Counted from the first letter of the stretch, positions 13,130 to 28,300 are shown. The stretch is 64,000 nucleotides of DNA from Eledone cirrhosa (GCA_964016885.1 OZ024745.1:59520001-59584000), one strand, 5' to 3'. A program made the numbers and translations. Notes: generated from the letters alone by a model not told the origin.

Positions 13130-16100
13130 TCGACTTGGAGTGAAAACCTCGACTTGGAGTGAAAACCTCGACTTGGAGTGAAAACCTCGACTTGGAGTGA
13201 AAACCTCGACTTGGAGTGAAAACCTCGACTTGGAGTGAAAACCTCGACTTGGAGTGACAACCTCGACTTGGAGTGACAACCTCGACTTGGAGTGACAACC
13301 TCGACTTGGAGTGAGAACCTCGACTTGGAGTGAGAACCTCGACTTGGAGTGAGAACCTCGACTTGGAGTGAAAACCTCGACTTGGAGTGAGAACCTCGAC
13401 TTGGGGTGAAAACCTCGACTTGGAGTGAGAACCTCGACTTGGAGTGAAAACCTCGACTTGGAGTGAGAACCTCGACTTGGGGTGAAAACCTCGACTTGGA
13501 GTGAGAACCTCGACTTGGGGTGAAAACCTCGACTTGGAGTGAGAACCTCGACTTGGAGTGAGAACCTCGACTTGGGGTGAAAACCTCGACTTGGAGTGAA
13601 AACCTCGACTTGGAGTGAAAACCTCGACTTGGAGTGAAAACCTCGACTTGGAGTGAAAACCTCGACTTGGAGTGAAAACCTCGACTAGGAGTGAAAACCT
13701 CGACTTGGAGTGAAAACCTCGACTTGGAGTGAAAACCTCGATTTGGAGTGAAAACCTCGACTTGGAGTGAGAACCTCGACTTGGAGTGAAAACCTCGACA
13801 TGGAGTGAAAACCTCGACTTGGAGTGAAAACCTCGACATGGAGTGAAAACCTCGACATGGAGTGAAAACCTCGACTTGGAGTGAGAACCTCGACTTGGAG
13901 TGAAAACCTCGACTTGGAGTGAAAACCTCGACTTGGAGTGAGAACCTCGACTTGGAGTGAAAACCTCGACTTGGAGTGAAAACCTCGACTTGGAGTGAAA
14001 ACCTCGACTTGGAGTGAAAACCTCGACTTGGAGTGAAAACCTCGACTTGGAGTGAGAACCTCGACTTGCAGTGAAAACCTCGACTTGGAGTGAGAACCTC
14101 GACTTGGAGTGAAAACCTCGACTTGGAGTGAGAACCCCGACTTGGAGTGAAAACCTCGACTTGGAGTGAGAACCCCGACTTGGAGTGAAAACCTCGACTT
14201 GGAGTGAGAACCCCGACTTGGAGGGAAAACCTCGACTTGGAGTGAAAACCTCGACTTGGAGGGAAAACCTCGACTTGGAGTGAGAACCTCGACTTGGAGT
14301 GAAAACCTCGACTTGGAGTGAAAACCTCGACTTGGAGTGAGAACCTCGACTTGGAGTGAGAACCTCGACTTGGAGTGAAAACCTCGACTTGGAGTGAAAA
14401 CCTCGACTTGGAGTGAAACCCCGACTTGGAGTGAAAACCTCGACTTGGAGTGAGAACCTCGACTTGGAGTGAAAACCTCGACTTGGAGTGAGAACCTCGA
14501 CTTGGAGTGAGAACCTCGACTTGGAGTGAAAACCGCGACTTGGAGTGAGAACCTCGACTTGGAGTGAAAACCTCGACTTGGAGTGAAAACCTCGACTTGG
14601 AGTGAAAACCTCGACTTGGAGTGAAAACCTCGACTTGGAGTGAGAACCTCGACTTGGAGTGAGAACCTCGACTTGGAGTGAAAACCGCGACTTGGAGTGA
14701 AAACCGCGACTTGGAGTGAAAACCTCGACTTGGAGTGAAAACCTCGACTTGGAGTGAGAACCTCGACTTGGAGTGAAAACCTCGACTTGGAGTGAGAACC
14801 TCGCCTTGGAGTGAAAACCTCGACTTGGAGTGAAAACCTCGACTTGGAGTGAGAACCTCGACTTGGAGTGAAAACCTCGACTTGGAGTGAAAACCTCGAC
14901 TTGGAGTGAAAACCTCGACTTGGAGTGAGAACCTCGACTTGGAGTGAAAACCTCGACTTGGAGTGAAAACCTCGACTTGGAGTGAAAACCTCGACTTGGA
15001 GTGAGAACCTCGACTTGGAGTGAAAACCTCGACTTGGAGTGAAAACCTCGACTTGGAGTGACAACCTCGACTTGGAGTGACAACCTCGACTTGGAGTGAC
15101 AACCTCGACTTGGAGTGAGAACCTCGACTTGGAGTGAGAACCTCGACTTGGAGTGAGAACCTCGACTTGGAGTGAAAACCTCGACTTGGAGTGAGAACCT
15201 CGACTTGGGGTGAAAACCTCGACTTGGAGTGAGAACCTCGACTTGGAGTGAAAACCTCGACTTGGAGTGAGAACCTCGACTTGGGGTGAAAACCTCGACT
15301 TGGAGTGAGAACCTCGACTTGGGGTGAAAACCTCGACTTGGAGTGAGAACCTCGACTTGGAGTGAGAACCTCGACTTGGGGTGAAAACCTCGACTTGGAG
15401 TGAAAACCTCGACTTGGAGTGAGAACCTCGACTTGGAGTGAAAACCTCGACTTGGAGTGAGAACCTCGACTTGGAGTGAGAACCTCGACTTGGAGTGAGA
15501 ACCTCGACTTGGAGTGAAAACCTCGACTTGGAGTGAAAACCTCGACTTGGAGTGAAAACCTCGACTTGGAGTGAAAACCTCGACTTGGAGTGAAAACCTC
15601 GACTTGGAGTGAAAACCTCGACTTGGAGTGAAAACCTCGACTAGGAGTGAAAACCTCGACTTGGAGTGAAAACCTCGACTTGGAGTGAAAACCTCGATTT
15701 GGAGTGAAAACCTCGACTTGGAGTGAGAACCTCGACTTGGAGTGAAAACCTCGACATGGAGTGAAAACCTCGACTTGGAGTGAAAACCTCGACATGGAGT
15801 GAAAACCTCGACATGGAGTGAAAACCTCGACTTGGCGTGAGAACCTCGACTTGGAGTGAAAACCTCGACTTGGAGTGAAAACCTCGACTTGGAGTGAGAA
15901 CCTCGACTTGGAGTGAAAACCTCGACTTGGAGTGAAAACCTAGACTTGGAGTGAAAACCTCGACTTGGAGTGAAAACCTCGACTTGGAGTGAGAACCTCG
16001 ACTTGGAGTGAAAACCTCGACTTGGAGTGAGAACCTCGACTTGGAGTGAAAACCTCGACTTGGAGTGAGAACCCCGACTTGGAGTGAAAACCTCGACTTG

Positions 16101-16960
16101 GAGTGAGAACCCCGACTTGGAGTGAAAACCTCGACTTGGAGTGAGAACCCCGACTTGGAGGGAAAACCTCGACTTGGAGTGAAAACCTCGACTTGGAGGG
16201 AAAACCTCGACTTGGAGTGAGAACCTCGACTTGGAGTGAAAACCTCGACTTGGAGTGAAAACCTCGACTTGGAGTGAGAACCTCGACTTGGAGTGAGAAC
16301 CTCGACTTGGAGTGAGAACCTCGACTTGGAGTGAAAACCTCGACTTGGAGTGAAACCCCGACTTGGAGTGAAAACCTCGACTTGGAGTGAGAACCTCGAC
16401 TTGGAGTGAAAACCTCGACTTGGAGTGAGAACCTCGACTTGGAGTGAGAACCTCGACTTGGAGTGAAAACCGCGACTTGGAGTGAGAACCTCGACTTGGA
16501 GTGAAAACCTCGACTTGGAGTGAAAACCTCGACTTGGAGTGAAAACCTCGACTTGGAGTGAAAACCTCGACTTGGAGTGAGAACCTCGACTTGGAGTGAG
16601 AACCTCGACTTGGAGTGAAAACCGCGACTTGGAGTGAAAACCGCGACTTGGAGTGAAAACCTCGACTTGGAGTGAAAACCTCGACTTGGAGTGAGAACCT
16701 CGACTTGGAGTGAAAACCTCGACTTGGAGTGAGAACCTCGCCTTGGAGTGAAAACCTCGACTTGGAGTGAAAACCTCGACTTGGAGTGAGAACCTCGACT
16801 TGGAGTGAAAACCTCGACTTGGAGTGAAAACCTCGACTTGGAGTGAAAACCTCGACTTGGAGTGAAAACCTCGACTTGGAGTGAAAACCTCGACTTGGAG
16901 TGAAAACCTCGACTTGGAGTGAAAACCTCGACTTGGAGTGAAAACCTCGACTTGGAGTGA
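13130..16960. repeat. About 1.8-1.95-kb tandem duplication (two copies of a roughly 100-monomer block)
   Basis: Paired markers: GACAACC triplet (13256 vs 15060, offset 1804), GACTAGGAG (13686 vs 15642, offset 1956), 18-bp GAAACCCCGAC (14415 vs 16352, offset 1937). GGAGGGAAAA pairs and CCGCGAC pairs occur in the same order. Confidence 0.88.
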
Positions 16961-19900
16961 GAACCTCGACTTGGAGTGAAAACCTCGACTTGGAGTGAAA
17001 ACCTCGACTTGGAGTGAAAACCTCGCTTTGGAGTGAAAACCTCGACTTGGAGTGAAAACCTCGACTTGGAGTGAGAACCTCGACTTGGAGTGAGAACCTC
17101 GACTTGGAGTGAAAACCTCGACTTGGAGTGAGAACCTCGACTTGGAGTGAAAACCTCGACATGGAGTGAGAACCTCGACTTGGAGTGAAAACCTCGACAT
17201 GGAGTGAAAACCTCGACATGGAGTGAGAACCTCGACTTGGAGTGAAAACCTCGACATGGAGTGAAAACCGCGACTTGGAGTGAGAACCTCGACTTGGAGT
17301 GAAAACCTCGACTTGGAGTGAGAACCTCGACTTGGAGTGGAAACCTCGACTTGGAGTGAAAACCTCGACTTGGAGTGAGAACCTCGCCTTGGAGTGAAAA
17401 CCTCGACTTTGAGTGAGAACCTCGATTGGAGTGAAAACCTCGACTTGGAGTGAAAACCTCGACTTGGAGTGAGAACCTCGACTTGGAGTGAAAACCTCGA
17501 CTTGGAGTGAGAACCTCGACTTGGAGTGAAAACCTCGACTTGGAGTGAGAACCTCGACTTGGAGTGAGAACCTCGACTTGGAGTGAAAACCTCGACTTGG
17601 AGTGAGAACCTCGACTTGGAGTGAAAACCTCGACTTGGAGTGAAAACCTCGACTTGGAGTGAGAACCTCGCCTTGGAGTGAAAACCTCGACTTTGAGTGA
17701 GAACCTCGATTGGAGTGAAAACCTCGACTTGGAGTGAAAACCTCGACTTGGAGTGAGAACCTCGACTTGGAGTGAAAACCTCGACTTGGAGTGAGAACCT
17801 CGACTTGGAGTGAAAACCTCGACTTGGAGTGAGAACCTCGACTTGGAGTGAAAACCTCGACTTGGAGTGAAAACCTCGACTTGGAGTGAGAACCTCGACT
17901 TGGAGTGAGAACCTCGACTTGGAGTGAAAACCTCGACTTGGAGTGAGAACCTCGACTTGGAGTGAAAACCTCGACTTGGAGTGAGAACCTCGACTTGGAG
18001 TGAAAACCTCGACTTGGAGTGAGAACCTCGACTTGGAGTGAAAACCTCGACTTGGAGTGAGAACCTCGACTTGGAGTGAAAACCTCGACTTGGAGTGAGA
18101 ACCTCGCCTTGGAGTGAAAACCTCGACTTGGAGTGAAAACCTCGACTTGGAGTGAAAACCTCGACTTGGAGTGAAAACCTCGACTTGGAGTGAAAACCTC
18201 GACTTGGAGTGAAAACCTCGATTTGGAGTGAAAACCTCGATTTGGAGTGAGAACCTCGATTTGGAGTGAAAACCTCGACTTGGAGTGAAAACCTCGACTT
18301 GGAGTGAGAACCTCGACTTGGAGTGAGAACCTCGATTTGGAGTGAGAACCTCGACTTGGAGTGAAAACCTCGACTTGGAGTGAAAACCTCGACTTGGAGT
18401 GAGAACCTCGACTTGGAGTGAGAACCTCGACTTGGAGTGAGAACCTCGACTTGGAGTGAAAACCGCGACTTGGAGTGAAAATCGCGACTTGGAGTGAAAA
18501 CCTCGACTTGGAGTGAAAACCTCGACTTGGAGTGAGAACCTCGACTTGGAGTGAAAACCTCGACTAGGAGTGAGAACCTCGACTTGGAGTGAAAACCTCG
18601 ACTTTGAGTGAGAACCTCGCCTTGGAGTGAAAACCTCGACTTGGAGTGAAAACCTCGACTTGTAGTGAGAACCTCGACTTGGAGTGAGAACCTCGACTTG
18701 GAGTGAAAACCTCGACTTGGAGTGAAAACCTCGACTTGGAGTGAGAACCTCGACTTGGAGTGATAACCTCGACTTGGAATGAAAACCTCGACTTGGAGTG
18801 AAAACCTCGACTTGGAGTGAGAACCTCGACTTGGAGTGAAAACCTCGACTTGGAGTGAGAACCTCGACTTGTAGTGAAAACCTCGCTTTGGAGTGAAAAC
18901 CTCGACTTGGAGTGAAAACCTCGACTTGGAGTGAGAACCTCGACTTGGAGTGAGAACCTCGACTTGGAGTGAGAACCTCGACTTGGAGTGAGAACCTCGA
19001 CTTGGAGTGAAAACCTCGACATGGAGTGAGAACCTCGACTTGGAGTGAAAACCTCGACATGGAGTGAAAACCGCGACTTGGAGTGAGAACCTCGACTTGG
19101 AGTGAAAACCTCGACTTGGAGTGAAAACCTCGACTTGGAGTGAGAACCTCGACTTGGAGTGAAAACCTCGACTTGGAGTGAGAACCTCGCCTTGGAGTGA
19201 AAACCTCGACTTTGAGTGAGAACCTCGATTGGAGTGAAAACCTCGACTTGGAGTGAAAACCTCGACTTGGAGTGAGAACCTCGACTTGGAGTGAAAACCT
19301 CGACTTGGAGTGAGAACCTCGACTTGGAGTGAAAACCTCGACTTGGAGTGAAAACCTCGACTTGGAGTGAGAACCTCGACTTGGAGTGAAAACCTCGACT
19401 TGGAGTGAGAACCTCGACTTGGAGTGAAAACCTCGACTTGGAGTGAAAACCTCGACTTGGAGTGAGAACCTCGACTTGGAGTGAGAACCTCGACTTGGAG
19501 TGAGAACCTCGACTTGGAGTGAGAACCTCGACTTGGAGTGAGAACCTCGACTTGGAGTGAAAACCTCGACTTGGAGTGAGAACCTCGACTTGGAGTGAAA
19601 ACCTCGACTTGGAGTGAGAACCTCGACTTGGAGTGAGAACCTCGACTTGGAGTGAAAACCTCGACTTGGAGTGAGAACCTCGACTTGGAGTGAAAACCTC
19701 GACTTGGAGTGAGAACCTCGACTTGGAGTGAGAACCTCGACTTGGAGTGAAAACCTCGACTTGGAGTGAGAACCTCGACTTGGAGTGAAAACCTCGACTT
19801 GGAGTGAGAACCTCGCCTTGGAGTGAGAACCTCGACTTGGAGTGAAAACCTCGACTTGGAGTGAGAACCTCGACTTGGAGTGAAAACCTAGACTTGGAGT

Positions 19901-22900
19901 GAAAACCTCGATTTGGAGTGAAAACCTAGACTTGGAGTGAAAACCTCGATTTGGAGTGAAAACCTCGACTTGGAGTGAGAACCTCGACTTGGAGTGAAAA
20001 CCTAGACTTGGAGTGAAAACCTCGATTTGGAGTGAAAACCTAGACTTGGAGTGAAAACCTCGACTTGGAGTGAGAACCTCGACTTGGAGTGAGAACCTCG
20101 ACTTGGAGTGAAAACCTCGACTTGGAGTGAGAACCTCGACTTGGAGTGAAAACCTCGACTTGGAGTGAGAACCTCGACTTGGAGTGAAAACCTCGACTTG
20201 GAGTGAGAACCTCGACTTGGAGTGAGAACCTCGACTTGGAGTGAAAACCTCGACTTGGAGTGAAAACCTCGACTTGGAGTGAAAACCTCGACTTGGAGTG
20301 AGAACCTCGACTTGGAGTGAGAACCTCGATTTGGAGTGAGAACCTCGACTTGGAGTGAAAACCTCGATTTGGAGTGAGAACCTCGATTTGGAGTGAGAAC
20401 CTCGATTTGGAGTGAAAACCTCGATTTGGAGTGAGAACCTCGACTTGGAGTGAAAACCTCGATTTGGAGTGAGAACCTCGACTTGGAGTGAAAACCTCGA
20501 CTTGGAGTGAGAACCTCGACTTGGAGTGAGAACCTCGACTTGGAGTGAAAACCTCGACTTGGAGTGAGAACCGCGACTTGGAGTGAAAACCTCGACATGG
20601 AGTGAGAACCTCGACTTGGAGTGAGAACCACGACTTGGAGTGAGAACCTCGACTTGGAGTGAGAACCACGACTTGGAGTGAGAACCTCGACTTGGAGTGA
20701 GAACCTCGACTTGGAGTGAAAACCTCGACTTGGAGTGAAAACCTCGACTTGGAGTGAAAACCTCGACTTGGAGTGAAAACCTCGACTTGGAGTGAGAACC
20801 TCGACTTGGAGTGAGAACCTCGTTTTGGAGTGAAAACCTCGACTTGGAGTGAGAACCTCGTTTTGGAGTTAAAACCTCGACTTGGAGTGAGAACCTCGAC
20901 TTGGAGTGAGAACCTCGACTTGGAGTGAGAACCTCGACTTGGAGTGAGAACCTCGACTTGGAGTGAGAACCTCGACTTGGAGTGAGAACCTCGACTTGGA
21001 GTGAGAACCTCGACTTGGAGTGAAAACCTCGACTTGGAGTGAGAACCTCGACTTGGAGTGAGAACCTCGACTTGGGGTGAAAACCTAGACTTGGGGTGAA
21101 AACCTCGACTTGGAGTGAGAACCTCGACTTGGATTGAAAACCTCGACTTGGAGTGAAAACCTCGACTTGGAGTGAGAACCTCGACTTGGAGTGAAAACCT
21201 CGACTTGGAGTGAGAACCTCGACTTGGAGTGAAAACCTCGACTTGGAGTGAGAACCTCGACTTGGAGTGAGAACCTCGACTTGGAGTGAAAACCTCGACT
21301 TGGAGTGAAAACCTCGACTTGGAGTGAAAACCTCGACTTGGAGTGAGAACCTCGACTTGGAGTGAAAACCTCGACTTGGAGTGAGAACCTCGACTTGGAG
21401 TGAAAACCTCGACTTGGAGTGAGAACCTCGACTTGGAGTGAAAACCTCGACTTGGAGTGAGAACCTCGACTTGGAGTGAAAACCTCGACTTGGAGTGAGA
21501 ACCTCGACTTGGAGTGAGAACCTCGACTTGGAGTGAGAACCTCGACTTGGAGTGAAAACCTCGACTTGGAGTGAGAACCTCGACTTGGAGTGAAAACCTC
21601 GACTTGGAGTGAGAACCTCGACTTGGAGTGAAAACCTCGACTTGGAGTGAGAACCTCGACTTGGAGTGAAAACCTCGACTTGGAGTGAGAAGCTCGACTT
21701 GGAGTGAGAACCTCGACTTGGAGTGAAAACCTCGACTTGGAGTGAGAATCTCGACTTGGAGTGAAAACCTCGACTTGGAGTGAGAACCTCGACTTGGAGT
21801 GAAAACCTCGACTTGGAGTGAGAACCTCGCCTTGGAGTGAAAACCTCGACTTGGAGTGAAAACCTCGACTTGGAGTGAAAACCTCGATTTGGAGTGAGAA
21901 CCTCGACTTGGAGTGAAAACCTCGATTTGGAGTGAAAACCTCGACTTGGAGTGAAAACCTCGACTTGGAGTGAAAACCTCGACTTGGAGTGAGAACCTCG
22001 ACTTGGAGTGAGAACCTCGACTTGGAGTGAAAACCTCGACATGGAGTGAAAACCTCGACTTGGAGTGAGAACCTCGATTTGGAGTGAGAACCTCGACTTG
22101 GAGTGAGAACCTCGACTTGGAGTGAAAACCTCGATTTGGAGTGAAAACCTCGACTTGGAGTGAAAACCTCGACTTGGAGTGAAAACCTCGACTTGGAGTG
22201 AGAACCTCGACTTGGAGTGAGAACCTCGACTTGGAGTGAAAACCTCGACTTGGAGTGAGAACCTCGACTTGGAGTGAGAACCTCGACTTGGAGTGAGAAC
22301 CTCGACTTGGAGTGAGAACCGCGACTTGGAGTGAAAACCTCGACTTGGAGTGAGAACCTCGACTTGGAGTGAGAACCACGACTTGGAGTGAGAACCTCGA
22401 CTTGGAGTGAGAACCACGACTTGGAGTGAGAACCTCGACTTGGAGTGAGAACCTCGACTTGGAGTGAAAACCTCGACTTGGAGTGAAAACCTCGACTTGG
22501 AGTGAAAACCTCGACTTGGAGTGAAAACCTCGACTTGGAGTGAGAACCTCGACTTGGAGTGAAAACCTCGACTTGGAGTGACAACCTCGACTTGGAGTGA
22601 CAACCTCGACTTGGAGTGAAAACCTCGACTTGGAGTGAGAACCTCGACTTGGAGTGAGAACCTCGACTTGGAGTGAGAACCTCGACTTGGTGTGAGAACC
22701 TCGACTTGGAGTGAGAACCTCGACTTGGAGTGAAAACCTCGACTTGGAGTGAGAACCTCGACTTGGAGTGAGAACCTCGACTTGGAGTGAGAACCTCGAC
22801 TTGGAGTGAAAACCTCGACATGGAGTGAAAACCTCGACTTGGAGTGAGAACCTCGACTTGGAGTGAAAACCTCGACTTGGAGTGAGAACCTCGCCTTGGG

Positions 22901-25399
22901 GTGAAAACCTCGACTTTGAGTGAGAACCTCGATTGGAGTGAAAACCTCGACTTTGAGTGAGAACCTCGATTGGAGTGAAAACCTCGACTTGGAGTGAAAA
23001 CCTCGACTTGGAGTGAGAACCTCGACTTGGAGTGAAAACCTCGACTTGGAGTGAGAACCTCGGCTTGGAGTGAGAACCTCGGCTTGGAGTGAAAACCTCG
23101 ACTTGGAGTGAAAACCTCGACTTGGAGTGAGAACCTCGAGTTGGAGTGAAAACCTCGACTTGGAGTGAAAACCTCGACTTGGAGTGAGAACCTCGACTTG
23201 GAGTGAAAACCTCGACTTGGAGTGAGAACCTCGACTTGGAGTGAAAACCTCGACTTGGAGTGAGAACCTCGACTTGGAGTGAAAACCTCGACTTGGAGTG
23301 AGAACCTCGACTTGGAGTGAAAACCTCGACTTGGAGTGAGAACCTCGACTTGGAGTGAAAACCTCGACTTGGAGTGAGAACCTCGACTTGGAGTGAAAAC
23401 CTCGACTTGGAGTGAAAACCTCGACTTGGAGTGAAAACCTCGACTTGGAGTGAAAACCTCGACTTGGAGTGAAAACCTCGACTTGGAGTGAAAACCTCGA
23501 CTTGGAGTGAAAACCTCGACTTGGAGTGAAAACCTCGACTTGGAGTGAAAACCTCGACTTGGAGTGAGAACCTCGACTTGGAGTGAAAACCTCGACTTGG
23601 AGTGAGAACCTCGATTTGGAGTGAAAACCTCGACTTGGAGTGAGAACCTCGACTTGGAGTGAGAACCTCGACTTGGAGTGAAAACCTCGACTTGGAGTGA
23701 GAACCTCGACTTGGAGTGAGAACCTCGACTTGGAGTGAGAACCTCGACTTGGAGTGAAAACCTCGACTTGGAGTGAAAACCTCGACTTGGAGTGAAAACC
23801 TCGACTTTGAGTGAAAACCTCGACTTGGAGTGAAAACCTCGACTTGGAGTGAAAACCTCGACTTTGAGTGAAAACCTCGACTTTGAGTGAGAACCTCGCC
23901 TTGGAGTGAAAACCTCGACTTGGAGTGAAAACCTCGACTTGGAGTGAAAACCTCGACTTGGAGTGAAAACCTCGACTTGGAGTGAAAACCTCGACTTGGA
24001 GTGAAAACCTCGATTTGGAGTGAAAACCTCGACTTGGAGTGAAAACCTAGACTTGGAGTGAAAACCTCGATTTGGAGTGAAAACCTCGACTTGGAGTGAG
24101 AACCTCGACTTGGAGTGAGAACCTCGAGTTGGAGTGAAAACCTCGACTTGGAGTGAAAACCTCGCCTTGGAGTGAAAACCTCGACTTTGAGTGAGAACCT
24201 CGCCTTGGAGTAAAAACCTCGACTTGGAGTGAAAACCTCGACTTGGAGTGAGAACCTCGACTTGGAGTGAAAACCTCGACTTGGAGTGAGAACCTCGACT
24301 TGGAGTGAAAACCTCGACTTGGAGTGAGAACCTCGACTTGGAGTGAAAACCTCGACTTGGAGTGAGAACCTCGACTTGGAGTGAAAACCTCGACTTGGAG
24401 TGAAAACCTCGACTTGGAGTGAAAACCTCGGCTTGGAGTGAAAACCTCGATTTGGAGTGAAAACCTCGACTTGGAGTGAAAACCTCGACTTGGAGTGAAA
24501 ACCTCGATTTGGAGTGAAAACCTCGACTTGGAGTGAAAACCTCGACTTGGAGTGAGAACCTCGACTTGGAGTGAAAACCTCGACTTGGAGTGAAAACCTC
24601 GACTTTGAGTGAAAACCTCGACTTTGAGTGAGAACCTCGCCTTGGAGTGAAAACCTCGACTTGGAGTGAAAACCTCGACTTGGAGTGAAAACCTCGACTT
24701 GGAGTGAAAACCTCGACTTGGAGTGAAAACCTCGATTTGGAGTGAAAACCTCGACTTGGAGTGAAAACCTCGATTTGGAGTGAAAACCTCGACTTGGAGT
24801 GAAAACCTCGACTTGGAGTGAGAACCTCGACTTGGAGTGAGAACCTCGAGTTGGAGTGAAAACCTCGAGTTGGAGTGAAAACCTCGACTTGGAGTGAAAA
24901 CCTCGACTTGGAGTGAGAACCTCGACTTGGAGTGAGAACCTCGACTTGGAGTGAGAACCTCGACTTGGAGTGAGAACCTCGCCTTGGAGTGAGAACCTCG
25001 ACTTTGAGTGAGAACCTCGCCTTGGAGTGAAAACCTCGACTTGGAGTGAAAACCTCGCCTTGGAGTAAAAACCTCGACTTGGAGTGAAAACCTCGACTTG
25101 GAGTGAGAACCTCGACTTGGAGTGAAAACCTCGACTTGGAGTGAGAACCTCGACTTGGAGTGAAAACCTCGACTTGGAGTGAGAACCTCGACTTGGAGTG
25201 AAAACCTCGACTTCGAGTGAGAACCTCGACTCGGAGTGAAAACCTCGACTTGGAGTGAGAACCTCGACTTGGAGTGAAAACCTCGACTTGGAGTGAAAAC
25301 CTCGACTTGGAGTGAAAACCTCGATTTGGAGTGAAAACCTCGACTTGGAGTGAAAACCTCGACTTGGAGTGAAAACCTCGACTTGGAGTGAAAACCTCG

Positions 25400-28300
25400 A
25401 CTTGGAGTGAAAACCTCGACTTGGAGTGAGAACCTCGACTTGGAGTGAGAACCTCGACTTGGAGTGAAAAACTCGACATGGAGTGAAAACCTCAACTTGG
25501 AGTGAGAACCTCGACTTGGAGTGAAAACCTCGACTTGGAGTGAAAACCTCGACTTGGAGTGAAAACCTCGACTTGGAGTGAGAACCTCGCCTTGGAGTGA
25601 AAACCTCGCCTTGGAGTGAAAACCTCGACTTTGAGTGAGAACCTCGATTGGAGTGAAAACCTCGACTTGGAGTGAGAACCTCGACTTGGAGTGAGAACCT
25701 CGACTTGGAGTGAAAACCTCGACTTGGAGTGAGAACCTCGACTTGGAGTGAAAACCTCGGCTTGGAGTGAAAACCTCGACTTGGAGTGAGAACCTCGAGT
25801 TGGAGTGAAAACCTCGACTTGGAGTGAGAACCTCGACTTGGAGTGAGAACCTCGACTTGGAGTGAGAACCTCGACTTGGAGTGAAAACCTCGACTTGGAG
25901 TGAGAACCTCGACTTGGAGTGAAAACCTCGATTTGGAGTGAGAACCTCGACTTGGAGTGAAAACCTCGACTTGGAGTGAGAACCTCGACTTGGAGTGAGA
26001 ACCTCGACTTGGAGTGAAAACCTCGACTTGGAGTGAGAACCTCGACTTGGAGTGAAAACCTCGACTTGGAGTGAAAACCTCGACTTGGAGTGAAAACCTC
26101 GACTTGGAGTGAAAACCTCGATTTGGAGTGAAAACCTCGACTTGGAGTGAAAACCTCGACTTGGAGTGAAAACCTCGATTTGGAGTGAAAACCTCGACTT
26201 GGAGTGAAAACCTCGACTTGGAGTGAGAACCTCGACTTGGAGTGAGAACCTCGACTTGGAGTGAAAAACTCGACATGGAGTGAAAACCTCAACTTGGAGT
26301 GAGAACCTCGACTTGGAGTGAAAACCTCGACTTGGAGTGAAAACCTCGACTTGGAGTGAAAACCTCGACTTGGAGTGAGAACCTCGCCTTGGAGTGAAAA
26401 CCTCGCCTTGGAGTGAAAACCTCGACTTTGAGTGAGAACTTCGATTGGAGTGAAAACCTCGACTTGGAGTGAGAACCTCGACTTGGAGTGAGAACCTCGA
26501 CTTGGAGTGAAAACCTCGACTTGGAGTGAGAACCTCGACTTGGAGTGAAAACCTCGACTTGGAGTGAAAACCTCGGCTTGGACTGAAAACCTCGACTTGG
26601 AGTGAGAACCTCGACTTGGAGTGAAAACCTCGACTTGGAGTGAGAACCTCGACTTGGAGTGAGAACCTCGACTTGGAGTGAGAACCTCGACTTGGAGTGA
26701 AAACCTCGACTTGGAGTGAGAACCTCGACTTGGAGTGAAAACCTCGACTTGGAGTGAGAACCTCAACTTGGAGTGAAAACCTCGACTTGGAGTGAGAACC
26801 TCGACTTGGAGTGAGAACCTCGACTTGGAGTGAAAACCTCGACTTGGAGTGAAAACCTCGACTTGGAGTGAAAACCTCGACTTGGAGTGAAAACCTCGAC
26901 TTGGAGTGAAAACCTCGACTTGGAGTGAAAACCTCGACTTGGAGTGAAAACCTCGACTTGGAGTGAGAACCTCGACTTGGAGTGAAAACCTCGACTTGGA
27001 GTGAAAACCTCGACTTGGAGTGAAAACCTCGACTTGGAGTGAAAACCTCGACTTGGAGTGAGAACCTCGACTTGGAGTGAAAACCTCGACTTGAAGTGAG
27101 AACCTCGATTTGAAGTGAGAGCCTCGACTTGGAGTGAGAACCTCGACTTGGAGTGAGAACCTCGACTTGGAGTGAGAACCTCGACTTGGAGTGAGAACCT
27201 CGACTTGGAGTGAGAACCTCGCCTTGGAGTGAGAACCTCGCCTTGGAGTGAAAACCTCGACTTTGAGTGAGAACCTCGACTTGGAGTGAAAACCTCGACT
27301 TGGAGTGAAAACCTCGACTTGGAGTGAAAACCTCGACTTGGAGTGAAAACCTCGACTTGGAGTGAAAACCTCGACTTGGAGTGAAAACCTCGATTTGGAG
27401 TGAAAACCTAGACTTGGAGTGAAAACCTAGACTTGGAGTGAAAACCTCGATTTGGAGTGAAAACCTCGACTTGGAGTGAGAACCTCGACTTGGAGTGAGA
27501 ACCTCGACTTGGAGTGAAAACCTCGACTTGGAGTGAAAACCTCGACTTGGAGTGAGAACCTCGACTTGGAGTGAAAACCTCGACTTGGAGTGAAAACTTC
27601 GACTTGGAGTGAAAACCTCGACTTGGAGTGAGAACCTCGACTTGGAGTGAAAACCTCGACTTGGAGTGAAAACCTCGACTTGGAGTGAAAACCTCGACTT
27701 GGAGTGAAAACCTCGACATGGAGTGAAAACCTCGACTTGGAGTGAGAACCTCGACTTGGAGTGAAAACCTCGACTTGGAGTGAGAACCTCGACTTGGAGT
27801 GAAAACCTCGACTTGGAGTGAGAACCTCGACTTGGAGTGAGAACCTCGACTTGGAGTGAAAACCTCGACATGGAGTGAGAACCTCGACTTGGAGTGAAAA
27901 CCTCGACATGGAGTGAAAACCTCGACTTGGAGTGAGAACCTCGACTTGGAGTGAGAACCTCGACTTGGAGTGAGAACCTCGCCTTGGAGTGAAAACCTCG
28001 ACTTTGAGTGAGAACCTCGATTGGAGTGAAAACCTCGACTTGGAGTGAAAACCTCGACTTGGAGTGAGAACCTCGACTTGGAGTGAAAACCTCGGCTTGG
28101 AGTGGGAACCTCGACTTGGAGTGAAAACCTCGACTTGGAGTGAAAACCTCGGCTTGGAGTGAGAACCTCGGCTTGGAGTGAAAACCTCGACTTGGAGTGA
28201 AAACCTCGACTTGGAGTGAGAACCTCGAGTTGGAGTGAAAACCTCGACTTGGAGTGAGAACCTCGACTTGGAGTGAGAACCTCGACTTGGAGTGAAAACC

